From Phoronis australis (lineage: Eukaryota > Animalia > Phoronida): DNA of 64,000 nt. Below the pieces are notes generated by a model, which worked only from the letters and a program-made list of their open reading frames with translations, made no database searches and was not told where the DNA came from. The stretch covers positions 31,599 to 95,598 of the forward strand of contig NMRA01000655.1 in NCBI GenBank assembly GCA_002633005.1. Direction: 5' to 3'. Position numbers and translations under genes: made by a program. Numbering within the stretch: position 1 is the stretch's first letter; every line of letters starts with the position of its first letter. Positions 1-13,469 of this stretch are shown piece after piece.

Positions 1-537
1 TGCAGCCATTGAAGGAGAGCCCCTACCTGATCTGTGCATTGTTCTGCCACGCGACAAGTGTCTCTCTGTTATTCGTGGACTTGTGGCGCTCGTCCTGGCC
101 TTGGATTTCTCTTGTAATGTGGATCTTTTCTTGGTGGCTTGCAAGGTAAAGGGAGTGTCACGTAGTTTTCAAATCAAATTTTAGCAACGAAAATTTAGTA
201 TCTTCCAAAATGTTTAATGACGTATCTTCTTGTCAAAAATGGACAGAAATTCGGAGAAGAAATTTAAGCGAATTTTGTGCTGTATTTTTGCCGTTTTTTT
301 CTGGACTTTTTACCATAAATTTGTCAATGAAATTCCTCAACTTTTTAAAATAATACAGAAACTGTATTATTATTATAACCATAGTTACTTATACTTCATT
401 ATCACCATTGATAGTATATTTATTACAACCATAGTTAGTTGTACTTGCATGGGGTTTAAGGTAGCAGATGTACAATGTAGAAAGTCTTGTTCATGAAGTG
501 CTGCTTGGTAACATTACTACAAAGCTCTAACAGTGGC

Positions 538-1163
538 TTTTTTCATAATTTTATTCAATAATATACATTGATAATTTTTAAAGGGTGAAAGGGTGAACAA
601 GGAAAAGGGGAGAGGACTTTCACTCACACACTCGCACACTCATTCACACATTTCATCATTTAATGATAATACTACTAAACAATATATGAGTTAAGTATAT
701 TACAGATATTACAGATTCATTGCATGGCAGCACTGAGGCTCTCCCATATTTTAATATTAATATTGTCCGTTTCTTTTTGTTTTTGAAAATTAACTATTGA
801 AATTTTAATATATTTTGACATGAATATTTTAAGGGCAGACCAATCTGGATGCAAGTGCTGTTGGCTACGTAAATAAATAAAATATTGGGCGATAGTGATA
901 ACATAATCAATCAACAGGGAGAATTCAGAACCTAAATGGCAAAACATGCTTTCATTTTTGGTTATTCTGACTTCTTCCTTAAGGGAAGATGTCAAAATAT
1001 CCTGAACATTAATCAACAATCTTTGCACTACATCACAAAGCAAAAACATGTGTTCAGTACTGTGTACTAGATTACAATAGGGACATTTATTTGAATTAAC
1101 AATCCCAAACAGTGGTTTATAATACGTTGTTGCTACATGCCTGATCCAGTGTTCAGTCATCAT
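538..1163 (-). mobile_element. 5'-truncated L1/Tx1-type LINE 3' remnant (C-terminal zf-RVT region) in a BIRC6 intron
   Basis: ORF 717-1163 contains CPYCNLVHSTEHMFLLC (CxxC...HxFxxC) followed by VITIAQYFIY, typical of the L1/Tx1 ORF2 C-terminus. Minus-strand AATAAA plus an A-tract at ~538-556. Confidence 0.75.
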
Positions 1164-3755
1164 GTGTTCTGGTCACCAGTGGTCTCGTCACATGTCATTG
1201 TTCATGTAGAAGTTGCCATTAAGGTAGGCGCTGTTTGCCTTAGGAAGGAACACTCTGTTAAAGTATTGGTCTATTTAGTTGAAGCATTGTCTCATTATTG
1301 TTGCAAGGTGATTGCCAAGATCACAACGACCACTCGGCCAGCCATCAGTCTGTCAGAGGCTATGGCACAGGAACAGTTACAGAAGTTTATCCTATTGTGC
1401 GCTAATGTGGAGTATAACCATGGCAATATTAGCTGGAGCGGTCCGTGGGCAGGGCATGCCATTTTCTGTCTTTTGCAGTATATTCTTGAAGGTAGGTTTG
1501 TGTGCAAGAATTACGTTCTTCTGGCACACGCATGAACAAAGTTCCTCACCCATAATTGTGACTCACTCAGTTTACTGACTCATAGTCTGGTTCCTAGACT
1601 CACAAACACAGTGCACGGACTTCCTGTCTGTGAGCCAGCAGCTGTATTTTTGGCTACGTCAGCAGTGTCTTGTGAGTCCGGCACAGTGTTTGAGTCATAC
1701 CAGTGTATCGGTGAACTGTGTTTGCCGAGCAAATGGGTCAGGCTTTAGTGTTGCTTTCACATCTTGCTGTTGCCGAGTGATAATGGTGGAATGCTATAGA
1801 CATTTTTTATATTTTTTACATGATTAAAGTGTCATGCAATATGCGACGGATGCAGAAACTTTTTGGGTGCTTCAGGTGAAAAGCTGTATCCACCCACAAC
1901 CGTGAATGAGGTTGTCACTGACAACGAAACCTCCCATCTCTCGCAGAGTGAAGGTTCCCAGGACCAAGAGAGTCCTTTGGCAGGTGACGATGAGTACTAG
2001 CCAATCATAGTTGTTGAAAATGAAGCAACTGCTGGCGCTAATGGTTAGTTATTCACACTTAACTACCAGTATTCTATGATTGATAGGGAAATACTGATGA
2101 GGATTTTACCCTGTACTCTGTTGATATGCAGAGATATATTATGATAGATCATCATTCTGGAATAAAATACATCCAGTCACCTACTCTCTGTACTCCTAAA
2201 GATTTTGTCTGCTTTTTCTAACCAACCTTAGTTTAATCTCTGGATCAAGTTTCTCAAATCCTATTTGCACTTGAATGCTTTAGTTTTTTCTTTCTGTGAA
2301 GAATTTTTTACTCTGAATGCATCTCCTTACTTTTAGCATCGCCTGAACCAAACAAAGGAGAGAAGTACGACAAGGAGACGTCTCTGTTTATGGACCTCCT
2401 GCTGGGAGATGCATATGACGATGTGTTGACAACAAACTACATGAGTACATCACCGGGGAGCCCAAGTCTACCGACATTAATACAAACAGCACCTCGGTAC
2501 CTGACTGGAAGAGTATCACGTAGGTTTTAGGTTTTGGCAAGTGCAACCTGTGAGGGAATTGAAAGAATGTTGCACAGATGTGAGATGCTCTTTCTGATCG
2601 AACATGAATGCAAACGGTGATCGAATTGTTTAATTTATTGTTCTTTGACTATCTTGTTTATATCCGTAAATTCCTCATTCTTTTTGCCTTTCAGTGCCCA
2701 GTCAAGGATTATGTTTTGAATTTATTTTTTTTGTTCAACTTCGTTGGCTACTTACCAGTTTTTGACCCATTGAATTCCAACTTTCATGGAATAAAACTCA
2801 CTTCAGTTTAACATTACCATCAGACGTTGCCAAATCCTGAATTAAAGTTGAGGTTATCATTTTTTCCCGGTGATGAAGAAATTTCTGTTGTTCGCTTACT
2901 TGTTGCATTGCAATTGATGTAATGCCATCAGAACTGTCCAACTTCAATGTTTAATTGACTCCAGGCCCGTAGGAAGGAAAAAATGATTGGCGCGGCACAA
3001 CCTAATTTGACTTCGCCAACCTACCTTCTTGCTATCGTCATCCCCCCACCCGTTTTCTGGATTTCACCATATTTGTAGTGAACCCCACCCCCACGTCCGC
3101 CATTAGGTGGGGGTAATACCGGGGATGCAGCCATCAGGATTTGAGTAACCATGAACCAACAAACCAACAAAGATTCACAGAGAGTAAGAGTGCGTCTAGG
3201 CCCCGAGTGCTCTGACAGGTAGCTGGGAGCTGCATGAAGTAACTATAGCTGGGTCGAAGGTCAAGGTTCCTTTTAGTATGATCCATTTTCGGGAAAACTT
3301 CATTTTATTATGGGGATTCTTTGAAGTAATTTTTGGAAAGGTGAGGTCCCGAGGTGCATGGTATGAGTGCCTTTGTGGCCGTTTCAGAATCCCTTGATGA
3401 AACACAGGCGGTTAGTCCAGTTTCTGGCTGCTGGGAAAAATGATGCAGAGTGTGTCCCAAAAATGTACACACTTCAACGTCTGGGGTTCAAATTCAGTTT
3501 CCGTGGGTAACTGAGATTCTAAGCAGGCCTATTGCATGGCTACACTTTATTTTTTACGTGTGTGTGCGTGTCATGATTTCCTTTGTGAATGCGCGCACCT
3601 TGGGGGGCTCGGTGCTCGGGTGGCTTGATGGCAATGTGGGCAAAAAGGTACGCCTCAGAGAAATGAAATATCCGAGAAAGACGAGACGAAAGTCCACTAA
3701 AAAGGCAGGATACGGCGTATGCACAATTCATACCCCTGAATAAACCCCATATTCG

Positions 3756-5210
3756 TTTTTATGCGCCCACATATTTATATAAGGACGCATTATGCCGTCA
3801 TCTCCGTCCATCCGTCCGGGCGGCGTCCGGCGTCTACTTCAAAAGTCCTGAACGGATTTTCATGAAATTTGGTGTTTAGGCACTTATTAGTGAGATGACG
3901 CTTTCCTCTTGTTTTCAGATGGATTCTACATAGTTTGCGCCACCTAGTGGCCATTTTTAGTGTTTTCGAGTCTGTTTTTGTGCGTCCACCCCTCTATCAA
4001 CCAAACTGCGCAAAGGATGATTGTGAAAATTGGCATGTATATGCTTAATATGTAGAGGACGGTTGACGATGATTTTCCGACGATTTCCACTACTGTGGCA
4101 CCTCCTAGTGGCAGTTTTNNNNNNNNNNNNNNNNNNNNNNNNNNNNNNNNNNNNNNNNNNNNNNNNNNNNNNNNNNNNNNNNNNNNNNNNNNNNNNNNNN
4201 NNNNNNNNNNNNNNNNNNNNNNNNNNNNNNNNNNNNNNNNNNNNNNNNNNNNNNNNNNNNNNNNNNNNNNNNNNNNNNNNNNNNNNNNNNNNNNNNNNNN
4301 NNNNNNNNNNNNNNNNNNNNNNNNNNNNNNNNNNNNNNNNNNNNNNNNNNNNNNNNNNNNNNNNNNNNNNNNNNNNNNNNNNNNNNNNNNNNNNNNNNNN
4401 NNNNNNNNNNNNNNNNNNNNNNNNNNNNNNNNNNNNNNNNNNNNNNNNNNNNNNNNNNNNNNNNNNNNNNNNNNNNNNNNNNNNNNNNNNNNNNNNNNNN
4501 NNNNNNNNNNNNNNNNNNNNNNNNNNNNNNNNNNNNNNNNNNNNNNNNNNNNNNNNNNNNNNNNNNNNNNNNNNNNNNNNNNNNNNNNNNNNNNNNNNNN
4601 NNNNNNNNNNNNNNNNNNNNNNNNNNNNNNNNNNNNNNNNNNNNNNNNNNNNNNNNNNNNNNNNNNNNNNNNNNNNNNNNNNNNNNNNNNNNNNNNNNNN
4701 NNNNNNNNNNNNNNNNNNNNNNNNNNNNNNNNNNNNNNNNNNNNNNNNNNNNNNNNNNNNNNNNNNNNNNNNNNNNNNNNNNNNNNNNNNNNNNNNNNNN
4801 NNNNNNNNNNNNNNNNNNNNNNNNNNNNNNNNNNNNNNNNNNNNNNNNNNNNNNNNNNNNNNNNNNNNNNNNNNNNNNNNNNNNNNNNNNNNNNNNNNNN
4901 NNNNNNNNNNNNNNNNNNNNNNNNNNNNNNNNNNNNNNNNNNNNNNNNNNNNNNNNNNNNNNNNNNNNNNNNNNNNNNNGGTGCTTTAAGCAACTGATGT
5001 ATAGGATGTGCTTGTATTATGAAGATCACTCACATTTTGCCCCTAGCCTATTGAGGAGACAATGACCATGCCTTTCCATTTTTCAGAGCACAACATACTA
5101 CATATATGCCCTCTACTGGCCACTTTATGGTACCAATAAACAACCCTAGAAGGATACCGTATACGGTGCAACTGTGGGCGCATTTCAACGCTCTGCGTTG
5201 CTCTTGTTTT
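3756..5210 (+). mobile_element. Non-autonomous Helentron/DINE-1-like (HINE) element spanning an N gap
   Basis: Starts TTTTTATGCGCCCAC, has an internal inverted copy (GGACGCAT) and a (CCGT)n-like tract. Ends GTGGGCGCAT (subterminal IR) followed by the hairpin CAACGCTCTGCGTTG and a T-rich tail. Confidence 0.6.
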
Positions 5211-8130
5211 CTTTAGTAAAAGGTCCACATCCTCAAAAATTCGAGCCCCCCTCAAGGGACATTTCTCTGAACTGCTCCACCGAGAAAGGGTCTCGTCTGA
5301 AATCAGGCACTTTAATAAGCTTGGAAAGAGTGACAGTTCATTCCACCGTTGTGTGGTCAGCCGACGGTGCAGGAAGTAACCTTCTTCAGCATGAAAGTTG
5401 GTTGCACGATTTCACAAAAAAACAGGAAAATAGACGTAATCAAATCCAACATTGGGTCCTCTCTCCGTGAGCTTACCCTTAAGAATGTGTCAATAGAAAT
5501 ATAAAAACTGTGGTCACTTCAATGTCATCAATGTCCCCTCTATGTGAAAATATCTATATTTTCAAAAGTCAAGAAATGTTTAGCAATTGATGATACCTGT
5601 CAGGTCATCAATTTTTCTGAAGTGAAAAACAATTCGAGAAAAAAAGCGACAGTCTTCTCCATTATTTTTTGCCAGTGAGGGGCCTCTGGAAAAATATGGT
5701 TTTGCAGTCGCAAAATTGACTTACTGAATTTAAAAATCCAGTAAATTAATATGCTCCGCAAAAGCTTCGCTTTACAAATTTTCTCAATTTTTCGAAATGA
5801 GTGTATGAATGATTACGTGCACGTTTTCAAGTGCGTTTAGACGACCTGTGCTGTGGGGGCGGAGACCCCAACAATGTCATGTCCAGTGTCCTCAAGAGGT
5901 AAATCGTGCACTGTACAGAGTTGTAAAATGTCCTCATAAATTTTCTCTCTTATCCGCATTTAGCAGTCTTTCTATTCTCGACTGTCCCCGCCCCATGCTT
6001 AGGTTGTTGCCACGGTTTATCCCTGATGCCTGAAAACTTTTGGGGGGCCTATTGCCCCCACCCCCAGACATATTAGCTGGGGCATGATTCTGAATTTCAA
6101 CCAAAACCCTTTGTGAACCATCAATATGGTTTTGTAACACATCATAATACAATGTAATGCGCATGTTTCCTTGAAGGTTTTGTAACAAGCCACCAACAAA
6201 TAATCTTCCAGTGAAAGTGTTAACAAAAAAATAAATTTCTCCAAGCTTTAACCCATTTTTAGATAAGAAGATACTTGTCAGCGTATATGTTAACTTTGCT
6301 AATGACACAGAGTATAACTACTCTTAATGTTTTGCAAATGTGTTTCTGTAGGTACAATGACCTGAGTAGTATGACTGCAAATAGTATGAACAAGCCCAAA
6401 AATTCACTCAAGGAAAATAATGAAGTTCCTTTGGCATCTCACCGTAATAATGGTGCTGGACCGGCCCATGTGTCTACAGCGCTGGATGCTAGACTAGAAT
6501 ATGGTGTGGACTGTTGTGCTGAACTCAGGCTTAAGGTCGGTGGAATTGTCTCGGTGGCTCTTCAGTGGGACAATTCACACTTCTTTTGAATTTAGTGAAT
6601 AACTTGGTGCAGTAATTATTAAAAATGTATGTTGCAATTCTGTTGTAGTACTAACGAAGAAGACACTGTTATTTTGGCACTGTTATCCTGTCCGTTATGA
6701 GCAAATTAGACTAAGGTTTTAATTGTTTCCTAGATGCATGGAGATATTGCTGTCTTTCTGAATTAGAATTTGTGTATAAATGTGTTACTCCCCTACTGTG
6801 GCTGGTGTACAGATCTGCAGTGGTTTTAATTAATTTCACATTACAAGGATGTCTGTTTTGGGAGTTTATGAACTTGGAGTTTAAAAAGTGAGTAATATTT
6901 TGAGGAAGCGTGTACACCTGGTGTGTTTTGGGAAGGGTAAGCTGCTACATAATATCAGTCCTCACACCAGAATGTTAACTAGCTTTGCATGCAATTGCAG
7001 TTCTTAGCATCTATGGAAGCAGAAGAAGTGCAGAATGCTCTGGTCACTGCCCTACCCCATCTCAAGCAAAGGTCAATGATAGCCAATCACCACCCACCAC
7101 TGCTACAGTCAATGACTCGCTGCATGTTGAAACCTCTGGTAGCGACACCTACCAGACTATACCATCTGGCGAAATGTTGAGCCTTTGCTTTGATCAGGTG
7201 TTCAGTTTACTACAGCTCCACTGTGTCAATGTTGACACTATTCTCAAACTATGGTTGGGCTGAACGACGATGCGCATGACGACGGCACCACCATTAGAGC
7301 TACACCTGGTGGTGCCATGGCTAAGTTTGAGACTTCAAATGTGCCTAGTATCCAAGTAAACCACAGCTCTGTCACCAGTCTCTTGGCTGCACTAGCCTGG
7401 TCCCCAGAGGTCTCTGTGCACACATAGGTGTTGGCCTTTCAGGTTTGCTAAACCTCGTCAGAAAATTGTTCATATTTGTTATTAGTTTTACATTAATTAA
7501 AAATTGCTATATTTTACATTTTTTTTAAAACTGTTGGTACAATTCTCACCCATGCTGCACACTAGTTCTTGATTTTTCTTCTTAGTTATCAGTGTCCTAC
7601 AATGTACTTTCAGTAACATTGCTCACAGTCATGTTGTTTATAACTTGTCAAAATTTTAAGCTAAAATAAATTATATGTTTATTTTTTGCTATTAAGGGGC
7701 TGGTAATTGCCAGTTTTTTAGCACGGAATTTCGTCAATGCTGTGGGTACCATGTAAATATTTATCACGTGTTTTGTCAGGCACTTACCCTACTCGGTCGT
7801 CGTAGTGGAGACTGGCCAGACGGATGTGTTGGACACACCATCATCAACGATCCCAACTTCCTGACGGTCCTCCTCAAGTTCATGAGTTCCTTGGACTACA
7901 GTTCCAGTGGGAACAATCGGGTAACCAAGACAAAAGTTATCGCACAAAATACCCTTTTCCCGTTTTTACAGCTTATTCTGTTAATGAAAATGGCTGGTGA
8001 TAACTATTGGGGGAGCAAAACTAATTACAAAATGGCTACGCCACCGTATAGTACTAACTTTCTTGAGTTCTTAATTCACTTTGTCTGTCGTGAGGGAAGA
8101 CGACTCTGACGATGATGTCAGCTTCTTCCC

Positions 8131-11100
8131 TTTTTATGTGCCCACATATTTACATATTTATATTTGGACGCATTATGCCATCAACACCGCTAGTCTGTAT
8201 GTTCAGCGTCCGTCCATCCCGAATCCGCTGCTCTATCTCCAAAACCCTTTGACGTACGTTCATGAAATTTAGTACATATGTTCCTTTCATGGATGGGACG
8301 GCATGAGCGAACTTTCAGACGGATCCGACTATACCGGTGTGCCCCTATTGGCAATTTTAGTTTGTTGCGCTTACCTCTATATGTTCAATAGTCTTCAGTG
8401 TATTTACATAAAATTTATCATATAGGCATCTATTAATAAGATGACACTATCCTTCCGGTTTCAGATGGATTCAACAAAGTTTGTGCCACCTGGAGGCCAT
8501 TTTTGCTTTTTTCGGGTCTGATTTTTTTCGTCCACCCCTCTATCAACCAAACCGCTACAAAGGTGATCCTGGAAATTGGCATGTGTGTTTTTATTATGAA
8601 GAAGGTGACTGACTATGATTTTCCAAGAATTTCGACTACTGTGGCGCCTCCTAGTGGCAGTTTTGTCTCTTTGCACCCATGCCTGTATCTCCTAAACCGT
8701 TGATAGGATCTTTACTAAATTCTGCAAGTGTATTTATATGATGTTGACAAGGGATGAAGACAACTTTCAGACAGATCTGACTACCGGTGTGCCCCCCTAG
8801 TGGCAATTTATGTTTTTTAAATTTACCTCTGTATCTTGAACGGTCCTCAACATATTTTCATAAAGTTTGAAGTATAGGAAAATATTAGTGAGATGAAGCT
8901 ATCCTCCAATTTTCTGATGGATTTGACGCAGTTTGCGCCACGTAGTGGCCATTTTTACTGTTTTTTAGTCTGTTTTTTGGTGTCCACCACTCTATCAACC
9001 AAACCGCACTAAGGATGATTGTGAAAATTGGTATGTATGTTCTTACTACGAAGTTGACGATGATTTACCAATGACTCCTAGTGGCAGTATTGTTTTTTTG
9101 CGCCCATGGCTGTATATCCTAAACCGTTTGCAGCATCTTTTCTAAATTGAGCAAGTGTATTTATGTGATGTTAACAGCGGATAGCAACAACTTTCAGACA
9201 GATCTGACTACCAGTGTGCCCGCTAGTGGCAATTTTCATTTTTTAGGCTTACCTCTGTGTCTTCAAAGGTCCTCAACGGATTATCAGAAAGTTTGGATTG
9301 TAAGCATTTATTGGTGAGATGATGTTATCCTCCCGCTTTCGGATGGAATTGAGGAACTTTTGTGCCACCTAGTGGCCATTTTTCCTGTTTTTGAGTCTTG
9401 TTTTTTGCCTCCACCCCTCGATCAAACAAACTATTCTGAGGATGCCAGGATGACTTTGAAAATTGGTGTATTTGTTGACAATAACGCATTCGACTACTGT
9501 AGCGTCTCCTAGTGGTAGTTTTGTTTTGTTTTGTGCGCATAGCTGCACCTCCTAAACTCACTGCAGGATCTTTATTAAATTTAGTAATTGTATTTATATG
9601 AAGCTAACAACAGATGACGACGTCTTTCAGGCGGATCCAATGAAGGCTGTGTGCCAAATTGGCAATTTCATTATTTTTTGTTTTCCTTTGTTTCTCTGAA
9701 GTTCCTTGACAGATTTTTACGAAATTTTCTAAATAACTTTCTATTTAAAAAGCGATGGCATGTACCCGTTTTCAGATGGATTGGATTTTTTTCGCCCTCT
9801 GGTGGCTATTTTTGTGAAACAAATAAACAACCCTAGAAGCACTCCATCTGCGGTGCATTCATGGGCACAATGCAACGTTCCGCGTTGCTCTTTTAAAAAT
9901 TTACAGATGTGTTCCTGATGAGAAGGGGTCTGCGGCCAATTGTCCTTAACCCTTTGAAGGAGCTTTGTGAAAGCTGTGTTCCTATGGAGCGGACAACAAA
10001 GGATCTGAATACCACTGTGACCCTAGTGGCAAAATGTGTTTTTGCTCTTCCCTCTGTATCTTTGGAGTTCATTAATGTGTTTTCAAAAAATTTGGAGACA
10101 ACAAGAGACAGATTTGATATTTTCTGCGCCACCTAGTGGTCACTTAAAATTTTTTATGCGTGTCTTTTACGTCCACCTCTCTATCTGCCAAACCACTCAA
10201 AGGATAAATATGAAAAGTAAAGGTTGTTTTCCTGATGCAAAGATCCTGGCTGACGTTGATTTTTGGATGTTTTTCACTAATCTGGCTCCCCATAAGGGCA
10301 GTTTTGTTTTTTGCGTCCATGGCTGTCTTTCCTTAAACCTTTGAAGGATCTTTGCGAAATTAGCCAGAGGAGTTTCTAGAGATAGCACCAGATGAAGATG
10401 AGTTTCAAACCAATCAGACTATAGCTGTGCCCTCTTTTGTTTTTAACGTTTGCCTCTATATCTTAGGAGTTCCTTGGCTTAGTTTTATGAAATTTGGCAA
10501 AAAGTTGTGTATTGCAGAGATAGCACCACCTTCTCAATTCGGACGGGTTTATGCAGTCTCCGCCATGTAATGGTCATTTTTGTGTACTAAAAACACCCAT
10601 AGAAGCACACCATTTGTGGTGCTGTCACTACACATTTCCCTTGTGTCACGTGGCGTATATCTTGCCGGTAGGCGGTTGAAATAACACAATTTGATTTGGA
10701 TGTAATAATGAGTATAATGACTAAATGTTTGAATTTCCCTAAATGAAAAATCATAAAGATTAATAAAGAAGCCTAATTTAATCAGTTTGTGATCATGTTT
10801 CCCATTCCTGGCGTCGGCCTTGGATCCAGTGTTACACTTGTTATGAGGAGTTTCCTCTTCTCTTGATCATTCGATCCAGTTTTCCAAGCAGTCTTCACTT
10901 GATGAAATGCTTCGGAATAACTATGAAGTTCAGTCCATGGAACAACATATATGTTAACATGAATTCAGTCCATCGAATTCTAGATACAATGTACCCTCTT
11001 TGAAATTCAGTCCATNAGTGGTAGTTTTGTTTTGTTTTGTGCCCATAGCTGCATCTCCTAAACTCACTGCAGGATCGTTATTAAATTTAGTAATTGTATT

Positions 11101-12036
11101 TATATGAAGCTAACAACAGTTGACGTCTTTCAGGCGGATCCAATAAAGGCTGTGTCCCAAATTGGCAATTTCATTATTTTTTGTTTTCCTTTGTTTTTCT
11201 AAAGTTCCTTGACCGAATTCTATGAAGTTTGCTTAAATAGCTTTCTTTTTAAAAAGCGATGGTATGTACCCATTTTCAGATGGATTAAATTTTTTTTCGC
11301 CCTCTGGTGGCTATTTTTGTGAAACAAATAAACAACCCTAGAAGCACTCCATTTGCGGTGCATTAATGGGCAAAATGCAACGTTCCGCGTTGCTCTTGTG
11401 AAAATTTACAGATGTGTTCCTGATGAGAAGGGGTCTGCGGCCAAATGTCCTTAACCCTTTGAAGGAGCTTTGTGAAAGCTGTGTTCCTATGGAGTGGACG
11501 ACAAATGATCTGAATACCACTATGACTCTAGTGGCAAAATGTGTTTTTGCTCTTGCCTCTGTATCTTTGGAGTTCATTAATTTAATGTGTTTTCATGAAA
11601 TTCGGAGACAACAAGAGATTTGATACTTTCTGCGCCACCTAGTGGCCACGTAAAATTTTTTATGCGTGTCTTACGTCCGCCTCTCTATCTGCCAAACCAC
11701 TCAAAGGATCAATATGAAAAGTAACGGTTGTTTTTCTGATGCAAAGATCCTGGCTGACATTGATTTTTGGATGTTTTTCACTAATCTTGGTCCCCATAAG
11801 GGTAGTTTTGTTTTTTGCGTCCATGGCTGTCTTTCCTTAAACCTTTGAAGGATCTTTGCGAAATTAGCCAGAGGAGTTCCTAGAGATAGCACCAGATGAA
11901 GATGAGTTTCAAACCAATCAGACTATAGCTGTGCCCCCTTTTGTTTTTAACGTTTGCCTCTATATCTTAGGAGTTCCTTGGCTTATTTTTATGAAATTTG
12001 GCAAATGGTTGTGTATTACAGAGATAGCACCACCTT
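8131..12036 (+). repeat. HINE-like element(s) of the same family with internal degenerate tandem units bearing GCGCCACCTAGTGGC; includes a ~1-kb duplication (~9510-10530 vs 11017-12036)
   Basis: Starts TTTTTATGTGCCCAC; 3' hairpin GCAACGTTCCGCGTTGC at ~9872 and ~11377; recurring CCACCTAGTGG/CCTCCTAGTGG/CCCCTAGTGG cores; near-identical duplicate begins right after the single N at 11016. Confidence 0.65.
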
Positions 12037-12469
12037 CCTTTGTTTGAAAAACAGGTGGTACCTATACTTTTTTGACTTGTTTACTAATTATTTTCAAAAG
12101 TTTGAGCTTGATGACACTCCTTTTTAAACAATAAAAATACCTTGTCAGTGAGAAAGATACAGCAATTGCTTCTCGAGTATGTAAATGGTTGCATCAAGAC
12201 AGTGCTCTTCGTCCACATGAAGTATAGCAGAGACATCCCAGTAAAAATCTTTTATCTTTTACTCACTATTTCTCGTTTCCGGGAGGTACGTCAATGAATG
12301 TAAAATGGATGGAATAGGCGAACACTTTCAGTGCATGTTTTCTCTTTTGTATGTGTGAGACAAATGCATGTCAAGTTAATAAAATTATTTCTTTTGTCTT
12401 ACAGTGCTATAGAGACTACGAAGGCAAAATCGAACTTGGGTGAAGCCACACCTGTCCAAGTTTAAGTAG

Positions 12470-13160
12470 GTCCCATTAAAACTCTAATAGACAGGGTATA
12501 TCGCATTAACAACACTTGGGCTAGATTTGATTCTAATATTAAATAACTTACAACGAATTTACAAAAGAATGGCTATCCCCTAGAATTAGTCAATAGGGTA
12601 CTGAAAGCAAGACTCCAACGTAACCCTGATGATGTTCATCCTGTAGACAAAACTAACTACAAGTACTTTAAAATACCCTATGTTGGGTTTTACGCCAAAA
12701 TTGCTCAACGAAAACTCAACAAATTGGTGAATGATTACTGTGTGAACTTAAGAGTTGTATTAACATTCAAGTCTCTAAAACTGTCAAGTTTATTTAACCC
12801 TAAGGACAAAATTTCTCTGGGTCTACGGTCCAAGGTAGTATACAAACTTATCTGTGCTGGATGTGGCTCCAGTTATATAGGCGAAACTGTTCGCCATTTG
12901 AAAACCAGGACCAAGGAACATCTAAATTCTGACAGTAATTCACATGTAAATATTCACCCACAGAGCTCCAATCATTGTTTTCAGCAGTGCTCTTTCAATG
13001 ACTTTGCAATAATAGACCAGACAGTAACAACAAAGGAGCTTAAAATTCATGAGGCTTTACATATCAGTTGGTGCAAGCCCAACCTCAATAGGCAACTGAC
13101 ACACCACAGGTTGTCATTGTTGGTCTAGTTCATTGTCACTCCCTGTAACTGACTGTTATT
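12470..13160 (+). mobile_element. Penelope-like retroelement 3' fragment (RT thumb region + GIY-YIG endonuclease)
   Basis: IKTLIDRVYRI...KNGYP...KIPYVG...SKVVYKLICAGCGSSYIGETVRHLKTRTKEH...LKIHEALHI...PNLNRQ, with one in-frame stop upstream. Confidence 0.9.
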
Positions 13161-13469
13161 TTCTTGAACTTTAAGTATAATAAACATTGATTTGTGGATG
13201 TTTGATGTCTGTGTTGGTGTATCTTGGCATAGGTGTTTAATGTGTTGAAAGCTTTTTGACTGTTGTCAGCAAATCTGCAGTATGCTGAGAGCTGTTTTCT
13301 AGGTTTTCAGTAATGTTTTCTTTTTACCTTTTTCACATTGTATCTGCCAGGTTAAACTAGTTCATTAAGTGGAATTTTTAACAAATCCTTAACACAGTGT
13401 GTTCTGTTTATTTATGGGTTTTTGCATTTGAATTGAGCAATATTGTACTGTTGGATATGATCTTTTCAG

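Larger units (their letters stand above)
1..7920 (+). pseudogene. BIRC6: BIRC6 (Bruce/Apollon) pseudogene, block A (mid-protein exons ~1-145, 1308-1491, 1876-2043, 2337-2496, 6352-6535, 7001-7442, 7780-7920)
   Basis: GT-AG bounded, phase-compatible exons translate to LDFSCNVDLFLVACK|VIAKITTTTRPAISLSE...NVEYNHGNISWSGPWAGHAIFCLLQYILEG, STALDARLEYGVDCCAELRLK, MLSLCFDQVFSLLQLHCVNVDTILKLWL and IINDPNFLTVLLKFMS. These match remembered human BIRC6 motifs (MDFTCHADLLLFVCKVLARIANATRP; DFNRGDISWGGAWAQYSLTCMLQDILAG; DARLEVGLEQQAELMLK; SDPNLIHVLVKFLS). Exon 7001-7442 has two frameshifts (~7060, ~7260) and a TAG at 7425-7427 where Trp is expected. Confidence 0.88.

Noticed and set aside
1998-2000. In-frame TAG in a BIRC6 exon taken as proof of pseudogenisation
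   Set aside because: An upstream same-phase donor (CAG|GTGACG at 1983/1984) could avoid it. The pseudogene call rests on the lesions in 7001-7442 instead.
3944-5029. Long ORFs at 3944-5029 and 38233-38721
   Set aside because: Artefacts of translating N runs.
8461-11892. Multiple 60-100 aa ORFs, some duplicated
   Set aside because: They lie inside non-coding HINE-like repeats and show no protein motifs.
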